NCBI GenBank assembly: GCA_964610315.1
Contig: CAZSVM010000014.1
Location: 5,106 to 69,105 of the forward strand
DNA length: 64,000 nt
Origin: an uncultured Actinomycetota bacterium
GTDB lineage: Bacteria; Actinomycetota; Humimicrobiia; Humimicrobiales; Humimicrobiaceae
Direction of reading: 5' to 3'
This document shows positions 1 to 9,820 of this stretch, piece after piece. The translations under genes were made by a program, and so were the position numbers. Under the pieces are notes generated by a model that was not told where the DNA came from, did no database searches, and saw only the letters and a list, made by a program, of their open reading frames with translations. Each line of letters opens with the position of its first letter. Position 1 is the stretch's first letter.

Positions 1-418
1 CAATACCTCCCTTGGTTCTTATCAGCACTTCATCAAAAACATTAGCGTATCTGAAGTTATTGCCAAGTATTCCCAGTATGGAGAAAAACAGCAGGAAAAA
101 TCCCCATCCCAGGCTGGAGGGCAGAAGACGGATTCTTTTCAGGAAAAAACTAAAACCCCAGATTATAAGCATAAAAGGGATTAAAAATTTTCCAACTCCA
201 AAAGTGAAAGATAGAAAATTATTAATCGATTTATTTATTAAACCGGCATCCGAAAAGCCGTATACACTAATGAACAATAAAATGGAAAGCATTATTATCA
301 AAACACCATATACTTCGGTTCTTCTTTTGACATATCTTTTTTTAATTTTAGAATTAACTGCCATGGAACTTTTCCCAGCCTTCTTAATTTTTCTTCTTTT
401 ATTCTTTGATCGATTCAT
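1..418 (-). CDS. ftsK: DNA translocase FtsK/SpoIIIE, N-terminal membrane part (partial, runs off the window start)
   Basis: Absent from the ORF track because it has no stop in the window. The minus-strand frame is open from ATG at 418 to position 1 and reads MNRSKNKRRKIKKAGKSS..VYGVLIIMLSILLFISVYGF..GVGKFLIPFMLIIWGFSFF. That is a basic tail plus TM helices, as in FtsK N-termini. The rnj-dapA-ftsK neighbourhood matches Firmicutes. The + ORF 12..440 is its antisense shadow. Confidence 0.5.
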   Translation of the reverse strand, partial: MNRSKNKRRKIKKAGKSSMAVNSKIKKRYVKRRTEVYGVLIIMLSILLFISVYGFSDAGLINKSINNFLSFTFGVGKFLIPFMLIIWGFSFFLKRIRLLPSSLGWGFFLLFFSILGILGNNFRYANVFDEVLIRTKGGI

Positions 419-440
419 TTTTAAGGGATTTAAATTTTAA

Positions 441-2114
441 TTAATGTTTGTAAGAACTTACTACTCTCGTTATTATTATAGGTCTTATTCCTGCTTTTTT
501 AAAAATAAATTTTTCTACCCTGTCATTAATAAAATTCTCTATGGTGGTCCTACCGGTAACATTACCAGAAAAACAGGTTTTTATGGAATCCTTTATAATT
601 TTTATGGATTGATCGATAATTTCTTTTAAATTTTCGATATATATTATTCCCTTCATAGTAAAATCAGGTTCGCATAAGATAACCCTCTTGATATAATCTA
701 CTCCGACCACTATAAATATAATCCCGTTTCTTGACAATGTCCTCCTGTCTTTTAGTACTATATCTTCTATATTTCCCATTCCTATGCCATCTATATAAAT
801 AGTCTGGGGATGTAAATTTCCGGAAACTCTGCATAAATTGGAATTCATCTTAATAATATCTCCATCTTCCGCTATTATAATATTATCTTCGCTCATTCCC
901 ATTGATTTTGCTATTTGTGCATTCTGTACCTTGTGTTTATCTTCTCCATGAATAGGAATAAAATACTTAGGATTGGTTAAATTTATCATAATTTTTATTT
1001 CTTCACGCGCGGCATGACCGGATACATGTACACCGGCTATGGACTCATAAAAAACATCTGCTCCCTGTTTGATTAATCTATTGATAGTATCGGATATAGC
1101 TCTCTCATTTCCGGGAATTGGAGAAGCAGAAATTATTACCATATCCCCTTTCATAATATTGATCCTTTTATGTTCCCCCAAGGCCATTCGATTTAAAGCC
1201 GAAAGAGGTTCACCCTGGCTGCCGGTGGCAAGTATTACTATTTCTTTTATGGGAAAATCATCAATTTTGGTTATAGGGATTATAGTATCCTCAGGAATTT
1301 TTAAGTAACCCAGTTCGGAAGAAACTCTAATAGTTTTTAAAATCGATTTACCGGAGATGGCAACTTTTTTCCCTAATTTACTGGCTACATCCAGTACCTG
1401 CTGTATTCTATGTATATGAGAGGAAAAAGTGGCCACAATAATTCTTTTAGAAGCCTTCTCAAATTTATCGAGCAGTGTTTTACCCACATCACTCTCCGGA
1501 AGAGTAAATCCTATTTCTTCAGCATTGGTGCTGTCACATAAAAGAGCCAGCACACCTTCCTGGCCCGCTTTTGCAATCTTTGAAAATTGAGTAATCCTTT
1601 TATCAATAGGAGTATGATCAAATTTAAAATCCCCGGTATGCACTATAGTACCGATATCTGTTCTTATAATCAGTCCAACCCCATCCGGTACACTATGATT
1701 GACTCTAAAAAACTCTATATGAAACGGTCCGATATTCAGTAGTTTATCAGGGTCTATCTTATTATATTCTACTGGGATTTGGCTCTGTATATTATCGAAC
1801 TTTATTTTGGTTAAACCTATAGTAAGCGGGGTAGCAAATACAGGAACGTTTATCTCTTTGAATAAAAATGGAAGAGCACCAATATGATCTTCATGTCCGT
1901 GGGTAAGTATTATTGCTTTTACCTTACTTTTGTTCTTTTTGACGTATGAAAAATCCGGTATTATAAAATCAACTCCAGGCATATCTTCATTGGGAAACAT
2001 CAATCCGCAGTCGACAACTATAATCTGATTATCCTTTTCAAAGACCATTATATTCTTGCCGATACCGCTTAATCCTCCCAGCGGTATTAATTTTAGACTA
2101 GTTCTCTTTGCCAT
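441..2114 (-). CDS. rnj: Ribonuclease J (metallo-beta-lactamase/beta-CASP RNase)
   Basis: 557 aa. Carries the LTHGHEDHIGALPF zinc motif, an N-terminal IPLGGLSGIGKN and the beta-CASP layout typical of RNase J. Confidence 0.9.
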   Translation of the reverse strand: MAKRTSLKLIPLGGLSGIGKNIMVFEKDNQIIVVDCGLMFPNEDMPGVDFIIPDFSYVKKNKSKVKAIILTHGHEDHIGALPFLFKEINVPVFATPLTIGLTKIKFDNIQSQIPVEYNKIDPDKLLNIGPFHIEFFRVNHSVPDGVGLIIRTDIGTIVHTGDFKFDHTPIDKRITQFSKIAKAGQEGVLALLCDSTNAEEIGFTLPESDVGKTLLDKFEKASKRIIVATFSSHIHRIQQVLDVASKLGKKVAISGKSILKTIRVSSELGYLKIPEDTIIPITKIDDFPIKEIVILATGSQGEPLSALNRMALGEHKRINIMKGDMVIISASPIPGNERAISDTINRLIKQGADVFYESIAGVHVSGHAAREEIKIMINLTNPKYFIPIHGEDKHKVQNAQIAKSMGMSEDNIIIAEDGDIIKMNSNLCRVSGNLHPQTIYIDGIGMGNIEDIVLKDRRTLSRNGIIFIVVGVDYIKRVILCEPDFTMKGIIYIENLKEIIDQSIKIIKDSIKTCFSGNVTGRTTIENFINDRVEKFIFKKAGIRPIIITRVVSSYKH

Positions 2115-2145
2115 AATTCTTTATATGCAAAACTTCACCTTCCAG

Positions 2146-3030
2146 TTAATTAATTATCTTATGTCTTTTTAAAATTTCCTTAAAAGCTGCTAGTTCCTTT
2201 TCTTCCATACTACACAGCGGTAACCTACAGGGACCGACATTAATACCTTTTAGATTTAACGCCTCCTTTATGGGAACGGGATTGGTAGCTATAAAAATAC
2301 CATAGAAAATATCCAGTAGATCCTTATGCATTTCAGCTGCTTTATTAAAATCTCCTCTTTTAAAACTGGTTACCATTTCCTTTATTTCCCTGCATACTAT
2401 GTGGGAAGCCACACTTATTACTCCATACCCACCCATAGATAATATAGGTAATGTATCTCCGTCATTCCCACTGTAAACCAGGAAATCTGCTCCGGTATCT
2501 CTGATTATTTCAGAGATTTGCCTTATATTACTGCTGGCTTCCTTTATACCATTAATATTATCTATTTTTGATAATTCCACACAGGTTCTGGAATTTATGT
2601 TAGATGACGTTCTTGATGGAATATTATATAAAATTATGGGAATTTCGACCTCACCGGCAATTGCTTCGAAATGTTTGAAAAGACCCCACTGTGAAGGTCT
2701 ATTATAATAAGGTGCAACCAGCAGCAAACAGTCCACTCCTATTTTTTCCGCTTCTTTGGATAGCTCTATGGAATGCCTGGTATCATTGGAACCGGTTCCG
2801 GCAATAATTTTAACCTTATCCCCAAAATTATTCTTTACAAATTTAAATAATTCTATCTTTTCCTCATCGCTCAAAGTGGAGGTCTCTCCGGTAGAACCGG
2901 CCAATAGAACTCCGTTACTTCCTTCATTTACAAGATACTTCAATAATTTACTGCAGGATTCAAGATCCAGATTGTAACTTTCATCGAATGGTGTAACCAT
3001 TGCCGTAATTACCTCACCTATATCTAACAT
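2146..3030 (-). CDS. dapA: 4-hydroxy-tetrahydrodipicolinate synthase
   Basis: VTPF..., GSTGE and GIKEAS (Schiff-base Lys) motifs. Start moved to ATG at 3030 (MLDIGEV..), which lies 5 nt after a GGGGGAGG Shine-Dalgarno; the track's TTG at 3045 sits inside that SD. Confidence 0.9.
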   Translation of the reverse strand: MLDIGEVITAMVTPFDESYNLDLESCSKLLKYLVNEGSNGVLLAGSTGETSTLSDEEKIELFKFVKNNFGDKVKIIAGTGSNDTRHSIELSKEAEKIGVDCLLLVAPYYNRPSQWGLFKHFEAIAGEVEIPIILYNIPSRTSSNINSRTCVELSKIDNINGIKEASSNIRQISEIIRDTGADFLVYSGNDGDTLPILSMGGYGVISVASHIVCREIKEMVTSFKRGDFNKAAEMHKDLLDIFYGIFIATNPVPIKEALNLKGINVGPCRLPLCSMEEKELAAFKEILKRHKIIN

Positions 3031-3057
3031 AAAATCCTCCCCCAATAAATAATGTAA

Positions 3058-3855
3058 TTAAATATCTATAAGCTTATCCAGCCCAAAAGTATAAGCTGGA
3101 AGTTTATCCAGATTCTTTATAGCAAGAATAACTCCGGGGTAAAACGATAATCTATCCAGACTGTCATGTCTTATCGATAATGTTTGGCCTTTTGCTCCAA
3201 AAATAATATTTTGATGAGACAACAGTCCCGGTAACCTGACACTATGAATATGAATTCCGTCTACCAGCCCGCCTCTGCAGCCTTCCACAGTTTCAGTTTC
3301 ACTTTCTTTCAACCTTGATTCATTAAAAATTTTACCAAGACCTATCTCCTCGGCCGTAAATATAGAAGTACCCGAAGGAGCATCTCTTTTTTTATCGTGA
3401 TGAAGCTCTATTATTTCACAATTCTCGAAGTATCTTGATATCATTTTAGAAATTTTAATCATGACTACGGCTCCTATGGAGAAATTGGGAACGATAAGTG
3501 TTTTGCTTCTGGACTTTAAAGCTTTGCGTTCTATACCGGTTAAATCCTTCCTGCTCAAGCCGGTGGTCCCTACTATTATATTTATATTGTTGTCAATAGC
3601 CCAATTTATATTTTTCCTGGCCGCATGAGCATTGGTAAAATCAATAATAATATCCGGATTTAATCTTTTAATATCTTCATATGAATCATAAATTCTATAT
3701 CCGGTCTTTTCTCCGGTCAAAAACTGTCCTATATCCGTACCCGCATTTTTTATATCCAGACCTCCCACTAATTCTATCTCATCTTCCTTTATCAATTCTC
3801 CGGAAATGGAAGTTCCCATTTTACCACAAATTCCGAACATCACTATTTTTTTCAT
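3058..3855 (-). CDS. dapB: 4-hydroxy-tetrahydrodipicolinate reductase
   Basis: N-terminal Rossmann GxxGxxG (GICGKMG) and the ELHHDKKRDAPSGT signature. Confidence 0.9.
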   Translation of the reverse strand: MKKIVMFGICGKMGTSISGELIKEDEIELVGGLDIKNAGTDIGQFLTGEKTGYRIYDSYEDIKRLNPDIIIDFTNAHAARKNINWAIDNNINIIVGTTGLSRKDLTGIERKALKSRSKTLIVPNFSIGAVVMIKISKMISRYFENCEIIELHHDKKRDAPSGTSIFTAEEIGLGKIFNESRLKESETETVEGCRGGLVDGIHIHSVRLPGLLSHQNIIFGAKGQTLSIRHDSLDRLSFYPGVILAIKNLDKLPAYTFGLDKLIDI

Positions 3856-3866
3856 ATTAGCCTGCC

Positions 3867-5129
3867 TTAATTTACTTTCCCCATCATTACCAGACTCATT
3901 TTGTCCAAATCAAAATACCTGGCGACAACATCATTTAAATCTTTTCGTTTTACATTATCTATTTTCTTTAATATCTGGTTAATAGTCAAAACTTTTTTAT
4001 CAAATAATATTCCTTTTCCCAACCGGAACATCCTTGAACTTATATCTTCGACACCCAACACAATGTTACCCTTTAAATTCTCTTTAGCCCTTGCCAGTTC
4101 GACTTCTCTTACCCCGTTTTTAATAATATCTTTTATATCATCCTTGATAAGGTTTAAAATTCTATCAATATTCTTAGGTGACGAGGCTGCATATATGATT
4201 ATTATTCCCGTATCCCTGTATTGAATATTACTGCTGAAAATGGAATAAGTTAAACCTTCTTCCTCTCTTATTTTCTGAAATAACCTGCTGCTCATACTGC
4301 CGCCCAATAAATTGGTAAACAGTGAAATTGAATATTTATCTTTACTGTCACGTCTGCATCCTAAACCACCAAAACACATATGAACAGAACTGGTTTTCCT
4401 GCTTGGTATTTTCTTTATGCCTCTTATCTGCTCCGGCTTCCGGCCCTTAAAAATCTCTATTTGTTTTTTATTTCTGCTTTTACTAACGTTTTTTTTAATC
4501 TTATCTATTAAATCTTTATGTTTCACATTCCCTGCAGCAGAAATAACCATTTTACCGATATCAAATTCATCTTTAAAATATTTAAGCACAGTAGACTTTT
4601 TAATTCTTCTAAGTGATTTTTCCGTACCCAGAATTGGCAAGCTCAGAGGATGACCGTCCAGAACCATTTCATAAAAATAATTTACCACACTCTCGGAAGG
4701 GCTGTCCTCTACCATTTTTATTTCTTCAATTACCACCTTCTTTTCTGTCCTTATATGCTCTGTCAGGAAAGAAGGATTCATGAGAATATCAAACAATAAT
4801 TCGGTACAATTATCCAGATAGGTATCAATAAAATCAGCATATATACAGCAATTTTCCTTGTCGGTGAATGCATTGAATTCGGCACCCATTAAATCAAATT
4901 CAATAGCTATATCCTTATAACTTCTCTTATGGGTGCCTTTGAACACAAGATGCTCTATAAGGTGGGTAACTCCATTGATATTTTCACTTTCATTTCTGGA
5001 TCCTGCCGGTATCCAGAAACCTAATGATATGGATCTGAAATGGGGTATATATTCGCTAATTACCTTTATTCCGTTATCTAATTCAGTTATCTCATACTGA
5101 TCAAATTTTATACTGCTTGATGAAACTAT
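3867..5129 (-). CDS. M16-family zinc peptidase (MlpA/YmxG-like)
   Basis: The track ORF starts at GTG 4946. The same frame stays open upstream and encodes ..ITELDNGIKVISEYIPHFRSISLGFWIPAGSRNESENINGVTHLIEHLVFKGT, which contains the M16 HxxEH zinc motif. There is no ATG/GTG/TTG in that stretch; ATA at 5129 lies 10 nt after GAGGT. The stop is firm, the start uncertain. Confidence 0.75.
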   Translation of the reverse strand: MVSSSSIKFDQYEITELDNGIKVISEYIPHFRSISLGFWIPAGSRNESENINGVTHLIEHLVFKGTHKRSYKDIAIEFDLMGAEFNAFTDKENCCIYADFIDTYLDNCTELLFDILMNPSFLTEHIRTEKKVVIEEIKMVEDSPSESVVNYFYEMVLDGHPLSLPILGTEKSLRRIKKSTVLKYFKDEFDIGKMVISAAGNVKHKDLIDKIKKNVSKSRNKKQIEIFKGRKPEQIRGIKKIPSRKTSSVHMCFGGLGCRRDSKDKYSISLFTNLLGGSMSSRLFQKIREEEGLTYSIFSSNIQYRDTGIIIIYAASSPKNIDRILNLIKDDIKDIIKNGVREVELARAKENLKGNIVLGVEDISSRMFRLGKGILFDKKVLTINQILKKIDNVKRKDLNDVVARYFDLDKMSLVMMGKVN

Positions 5130-5157
5130 TTTTTTATTTACCTCGCTAATAAAATAT

Positions 5158-7302
5158 TCAGATATCAGCTCTCTCCAGCCCTATCTTCCTGGTTCTGGGG
5201 TCAACGTTGTCCACTTTAACCAGTATTTTATCACCCATCTTTAAATAGTCTTTGACGTCTTTAATCCTTTTATTTGTAACTTTTGATATGTGAAGAAGCC
5301 CATCTACTCCCGGAATCAAATTCACGAAAGCTCCATAACTGGTTATTCCTACTACAGTTCCCAGAAATTCTTCACCTACTTTTATATCTTCTATACTTTT
5401 TAACATCCCCTCAATTTTTTTCCTGGCCATTTCGATATTATTATCATTAGAGGAAATAATAGAAACCAGACCTTCCCCATTATAATCACTTATATCGATT
5501 TCATCCAAATCAAATTCATCCTTTAAATTTTTAACCGTCTTTCCACCCGGTCCTATGATCTCACCAATTTTTTCCTTGGGAATCTTAAAAGTGGTTATTT
5601 TCGGCGCACATCTGGACAGGTGCTCTCTGGGTTCGGGAATAACTTCCAGCATTTTTTCCAGTATATACAATCTGCCTTCCCGTGCCTTTTCCAGAATTTT
5701 CTTTATAATATCCAGGCTGACTCCTTTTACCTTTATATCCATCTGCAGGGCGGTAATCCCGTTTCTGGTTCCCGCAACCTTAAAGTCCATATCGCCATAA
5801 AAATCCTCTATCCCCTGAATGTCTTTTAATATTACACAATTATCCCCCTCGCCTTTAATCAGCCCCATGGCTATGCCGGAGACCGGATTTAATATGGGAA
5901 CACCGGCATCCATCAAAGCCAGAGTGCTTCCACATACGCTGGCCATGGAAGTGGAACCATTCGATTCCAAAATTTCGGATACCAACCTTAATACATAGGG
6001 AAACTTGTCTTCATCAGGGATCATAGGTCTCAAGGCTTTTTCTGCCAGTGCCCCATGACCGATTTCTCTTCTTCTAGGACCCCGCAGGGGCCATGTTTCG
6101 CCCACACTAAAGGGAGGGAAATTATAGTGATGGATATATCTTTTAAATTCCTCTTTTCCTAAACTATCTATTTTCTGGGCTTCCCTTATCGAACCCAGGG
6201 CCAATATAGTAAGAGCCTGTGTTTTTCCTCTGGTAAAAAGGCCAATTCCATGTGTGGTATCCGGAAACAGGCCTACTTCGCAACTTATATCTCTTATTTC
6301 ATCAGGTTTTCTTCCGTCCGGCCTTATTTCTTTCTCCAGAATCATTTTTCTTACCAGTTCTCTTTCAAGCTCCTTAAAACTTACATCTATACTCTCCTTA
6401 TCTTCGGGAAAATCTTTTTCCAGCTCTTTTTCAATCTCTTCCTTCAAAACTAAAACCCTATCCTGAAAAAAACCTTTCTCAGTGTTATCCAATAAAATTT
6501 TCTTTTCTTTATCTTTTGAATATTCGATAATTTTATTCAGAATTTCCTGAATTTTAACCTCGGCAAGCTTTCTAACCTTCTTCTCAACAACACTATTCAA
6601 TTCAAAATTAACAGTTTCTTTTTTTCCCTTACCGGCTATTTTCCCGAATTCTTTCTGAAAACCGATAATTTTCTTTATTTCATAGTGTGATCTTTCTATG
6701 GCTTCCATTATTACTTCTTCAGTAGATTCCTTACCTCCTGCTTCAACCATTAAAATGGCGTCTTCCGTACCAGCCACCACTATATCCACGATGCTTTCTT
6801 CGATCTCACTATATGACGGATTTATTATCCATTTTTCTCCTATTTTACCCATTCGTACAGCACCTATGGGTTCATCGAATGGTATATCCGATATATATAA
6901 AGCTGTGGAAGCCCCGTTTATTACAGAAATATCATAGGGATTGACCTGATCGAATGAAATCACTGTAGCAATCAATTGAACTTCATTTCTTATATTCTTA
7001 TTGAATAAAGGCCGCAGTGGCCTGTCTGTTAATCTTGCATTAAGAATTGCCTTATCGCTGGCTCTACCTTCTCTTTTAAAAAAACCTCCCGGTATTTTCC
7101 CCGCTGCGTACATTCTTTCCTCAACATCCACAACCAGAGGAAAAAAATCCGTATTCTCCTCCGGTTTTGGATTCATAACCGCGGTAACCAGAACTCCATT
7201 TCCGCCAAATTTAACCAAAACCGAATTAGCCTGTTTTGCCACCTTACCGGTGGAAAATTGCATTTTCTTCCCACCAATTTCAATCTCATAACTTCTTTCC
7301 AT
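5158..7302 (-). CDS. pnp: Polyribonucleotide nucleotidyltransferase (PNPase)
   Basis: 714 aa with two RNase PH domains plus KH and S1 (GTVVGITSYGAFVNL). Classical rpsO-pnp pairing. Confidence 0.95.
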   Translation of the reverse strand: MERSYEIEIGGKKMQFSTGKVAKQANSVLVKFGGNGVLVTAVMNPKPEENTDFFPLVVDVEERMYAAGKIPGGFFKREGRASDKAILNARLTDRPLRPLFNKNIRNEVQLIATVISFDQVNPYDISVINGASTALYISDIPFDEPIGAVRMGKIGEKWIINPSYSEIEESIVDIVVAGTEDAILMVEAGGKESTEEVIMEAIERSHYEIKKIIGFQKEFGKIAGKGKKETVNFELNSVVEKKVRKLAEVKIQEILNKIIEYSKDKEKKILLDNTEKGFFQDRVLVLKEEIEKELEKDFPEDKESIDVSFKELERELVRKMILEKEIRPDGRKPDEIRDISCEVGLFPDTTHGIGLFTRGKTQALTILALGSIREAQKIDSLGKEEFKRYIHHYNFPPFSVGETWPLRGPRRREIGHGALAEKALRPMIPDEDKFPYVLRLVSEILESNGSTSMASVCGSTLALMDAGVPILNPVSGIAMGLIKGEGDNCVILKDIQGIEDFYGDMDFKVAGTRNGITALQMDIKVKGVSLDIIKKILEKAREGRLYILEKMLEVIPEPREHLSRCAPKITTFKIPKEKIGEIIGPGGKTVKNLKDEFDLDEIDISDYNGEGLVSIISSNDNNIEMARKKIEGMLKSIEDIKVGEEFLGTVVGITSYGAFVNLIPGVDGLLHISKVTNKRIKDVKDYLKMGDKILVKVDNVDPRTRKIGLERADI

Positions 7303-7374
7303 TTATATTTTACATACTCCTTTAAACTGCAAAAATAAAAATTTATTTTTCTCAATATACTCTTATTTTTACTT

Positions 7375-7644
7375 TTATTTTCTCAAACCTAATTCTTCTA
7401 TTATTTTTTTATATCTCGTTATATCATTCTTCTTCAAATATCCCAGGAGCCTTTTTCTTTTTCCAACCATAATAACCAGACCCCTTCTGGAATGATGATC
7501 CTTTTTATTTGCCTTCAAATGTTCATTAAGCCTGTTAATTTTTTTCGTAAGAATAGCTATCTGAACTTCGGAGGAACCGGTATCATTCTCATGAATTTTG
7601 AATTTATCAATAACCTTTTTTTTATCCTCTTTTACTAAAGTCAA
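7375..7644 (-). CDS. rpsO: 30S ribosomal protein S15
   Basis: 89 aa, GSSEVQIA...[15 protein letters not shown] signature. Confidence 0.95.
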   Translation of the reverse strand: MTLVKEDKKKVIDKFKIHENDTGSSEVQIAILTKKINRLNEHLKANKKDHHSRRGLVIMVGKRKRLLGYLKKNDITRYKKIIEELGLRK

Positions 7645-7804
7645 CTTTTCTCACCTCCTAAAATGCCCGTACTATAATTTATCATAACTATATATTAATT
7701 ACAATTTAATCCCACCGCTGCTTCTAGTGCCCACAGGGTAAATAATCTTTAAAACTGCTAAAATCTTCCAACATGGACCCTTATTCAAATCAACTTAAAA
7801 TTCA

Positions 7805-8770
7805 TTAGCTTTTACCGGTATTATTTTTCATTTTAAAATACCTGCCGGCATATTTAAGATCCAGTTTCATCTGGCTGATCAATTTATCCTTACTATCAAA
7901 TACTATCTCATCCCTTAACCTTTCCAGGAAAGTAATTTTTATTTTTCTTTGGTACAGGTTATCTTTGAAATCCAATAAAAAGGCTTCGATCCACTTTTTG
8001 GATTCTTTAAAAGTGGGATTATCGCCTATATTAATTATTGCCGGGAACAATTTATTTTCATTTTCATCGATTACAACCGTACCCAGATAAACTCCATCCT
8101 CCGGAGTTATAAAAACTTCACATACATCTATATTAGCAGTCGGAAATCCAAGCTTCCTTCCTCTACCGGCACCCCTGGTGACCATCCCTTCAATTTGCGG
8201 ATTTCTTCCCAGCAGGCTGGCTATTTTTTTTATCCTACCTTCTGAATAATATTTCCTTATACTGGTACTGGAAACTATCTCGCCCCTTACTTTAACCAAG
8301 GGTACTACATTTACTCTTACATCATGAGGCTTAAAAAATTTTTCTAAAAATGATATATCCCCGGCAGCTTTAAAACCGAAACGAAATCCATTTCCCACGA
8401 AAACTTCTTTTATATGCAATTTTTCTATAAGAACATCCCTGCAGAACCGCTCCGGACTCAGCCTTAAAAAATGGGAATTAATACCGGCAGTAACTATAAA
8501 ATCAACTCCCAGATCATTGATTAATTTAATCTTTTCTTCATAAGAAATTATAAGTTTTTTATGCATTTCACTTTTTATTACATTCAGAGGTGGTTTGTTA
8601 AAGGTTAGAACTATACTAACACTGCTCAATTTTTTTGCTCTTTTAACGCAGGCACTTATTATTTTTCTGTGTCCCAGATGCACCCCGTCAAAAAAACCTA
8701 TTACTGCTACTGGATCTTTGAACTTAAAATAACCTCCATCTATTTTTTTCAACTCCAATAATTCTGACAA
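7805..8770 (-). CDS. ribF: Bifunctional riboflavin kinase / FMN adenylyltransferase
   Basis: GFFDGVHLGHRKII nucleotidyltransferase motif and a C-terminal riboflavin kinase domain (GFPTANI). Confidence 0.9.
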   Translation of the reverse strand: MSELLELKKIDGGYFKFKDPVAVIGFFDGVHLGHRKIISACVKRAKKLSSVSIVLTFNKPPLNVIKSEMHKKLIISYEEKIKLINDLGVDFIVTAGINSHFLRLSPERFCRDVLIEKLHIKEVFVGNGFRFGFKAAGDISFLEKFFKPHDVRVNVVPLVKVRGEIVSSTSIRKYYSEGRIKKIASLLGRNPQIEGMVTRGAGRGRKLGFPTANIDVCEVFITPEDGVYLGTVVIDENENKLFPAIINIGDNPTFKESKKWIEAFLLDFKDNLYQRKIKITFLERLRDEIVFDSKDKLISQMKLDLKYAGRYFKMKNNTGKS

Positions 8771-8833
8771 TTTTACTCCTGACTTCCCATTTAGAATTTT
8801 AAAGAAACAACTTTCATTTAACTTACGTAGCCA

Positions 8834-9816
8834 TTAAAAAATTATAATACTCTTAGTTAATTTTAAATTTTTATCTTTCCGGTCAGAAAATATTCTTTTA
8901 CTCAAAATTTCATGTACCGCTAATAAGTTTTTGTTTCTATCTTTTATTTTTACAAAGCTGCCCTTTTTCAGTAAACCTAAATCTCCAGCCCTGTATGTTT
9001 CCATCATTTCACCAGTGATCGGCCAGCCGTTAATTACATTGGATCTGTATTTATCCTCTATATAAATATCCTGATTCTTATCCAGTAATCTTATTATAGA
9101 TATCATATATGGTACGGACTCTAAATACTCTTTTTCAAATTCCTGTTTAAGAAATTCTCTTATGCCCATACTGTCCCCCAGTTTATAATTGCCGATACCC
9201 ACTCTCCTCAACCCTTTCAATGAAGCCCCGAAGCCCAGTAAATTTCCAATCTCATAAGCCAGAGATCTGATATAGGTACCTGAACTGCAATTTATTCTCA
9301 GGGTAAGCAGATCATCTTTTAGTGAAATAAGCTCCAGACCATGAATATTCACTGTTTTTGGTTTTAAATCTATCTTCTGCCCTTTTCTTGCAAAATTATA
9401 AGATGGCTTTCCCTTATATTTTACAGATGAGTATGCAGGCGGCACTTGTTCGATCTTCCCTTTAAATTTATTCAGAGCTGCCAATACTGTCCGGGTATCG
9501 ATATCCTTAACGTCTCCGGTAATCAAAACTTTTCCGCTAATATCCCAGGTATCGGTAATCACCCCTAATTTTATATCTGCAATATATTCCTTATCTAGAG
9601 TTAGAAAATAACTAAATAATTTAGTAGCCTTATTTATTAAAATAATAAGCAAACCTGCCGCTATCGGATCCAGTGTCCCGGCATGACCGATTTTCTTTAA
9701 AAAAAAACTTTCTTCAATTCTCTTATAACATCATAGGAAGTTATTCCCGGCGGTTTATTTATCAATAAAACACCGTCGAAGTCTCTTAAAAAATCCGATT
9801 TGCTGCTGTTATTCAT
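8834..9816 (-). pseudogene. truB: tRNA pseudouridine(55) synthase TruB, reading frame broken in a 9-nt homopolymer
   Basis: ATG at 9816 gives MNNSSKSDFLRDFDGVLLINKPPGITSYDVIRELKKVFF and then a stop. The -1 frame continues LKKIGHAGTLDPIAAGLLIILINKATK.. into track ORF 8834..9652. The break is at the A9 run 9699-9707 (T9 on the coding strand). One extra T, or a -1 slip, restores an intact TruB. Confidence 0.8.
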
Positions 9817-9820
9817 AGTC

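Noticed and set aside
12-440. 142-aa + strand ORF at the window start
   Set aside because: It is the antisense shadow of the FtsK-like N-terminus on the minus strand. Its translation is low-complexity with no SD, and every neighbouring gene is on the minus strand.
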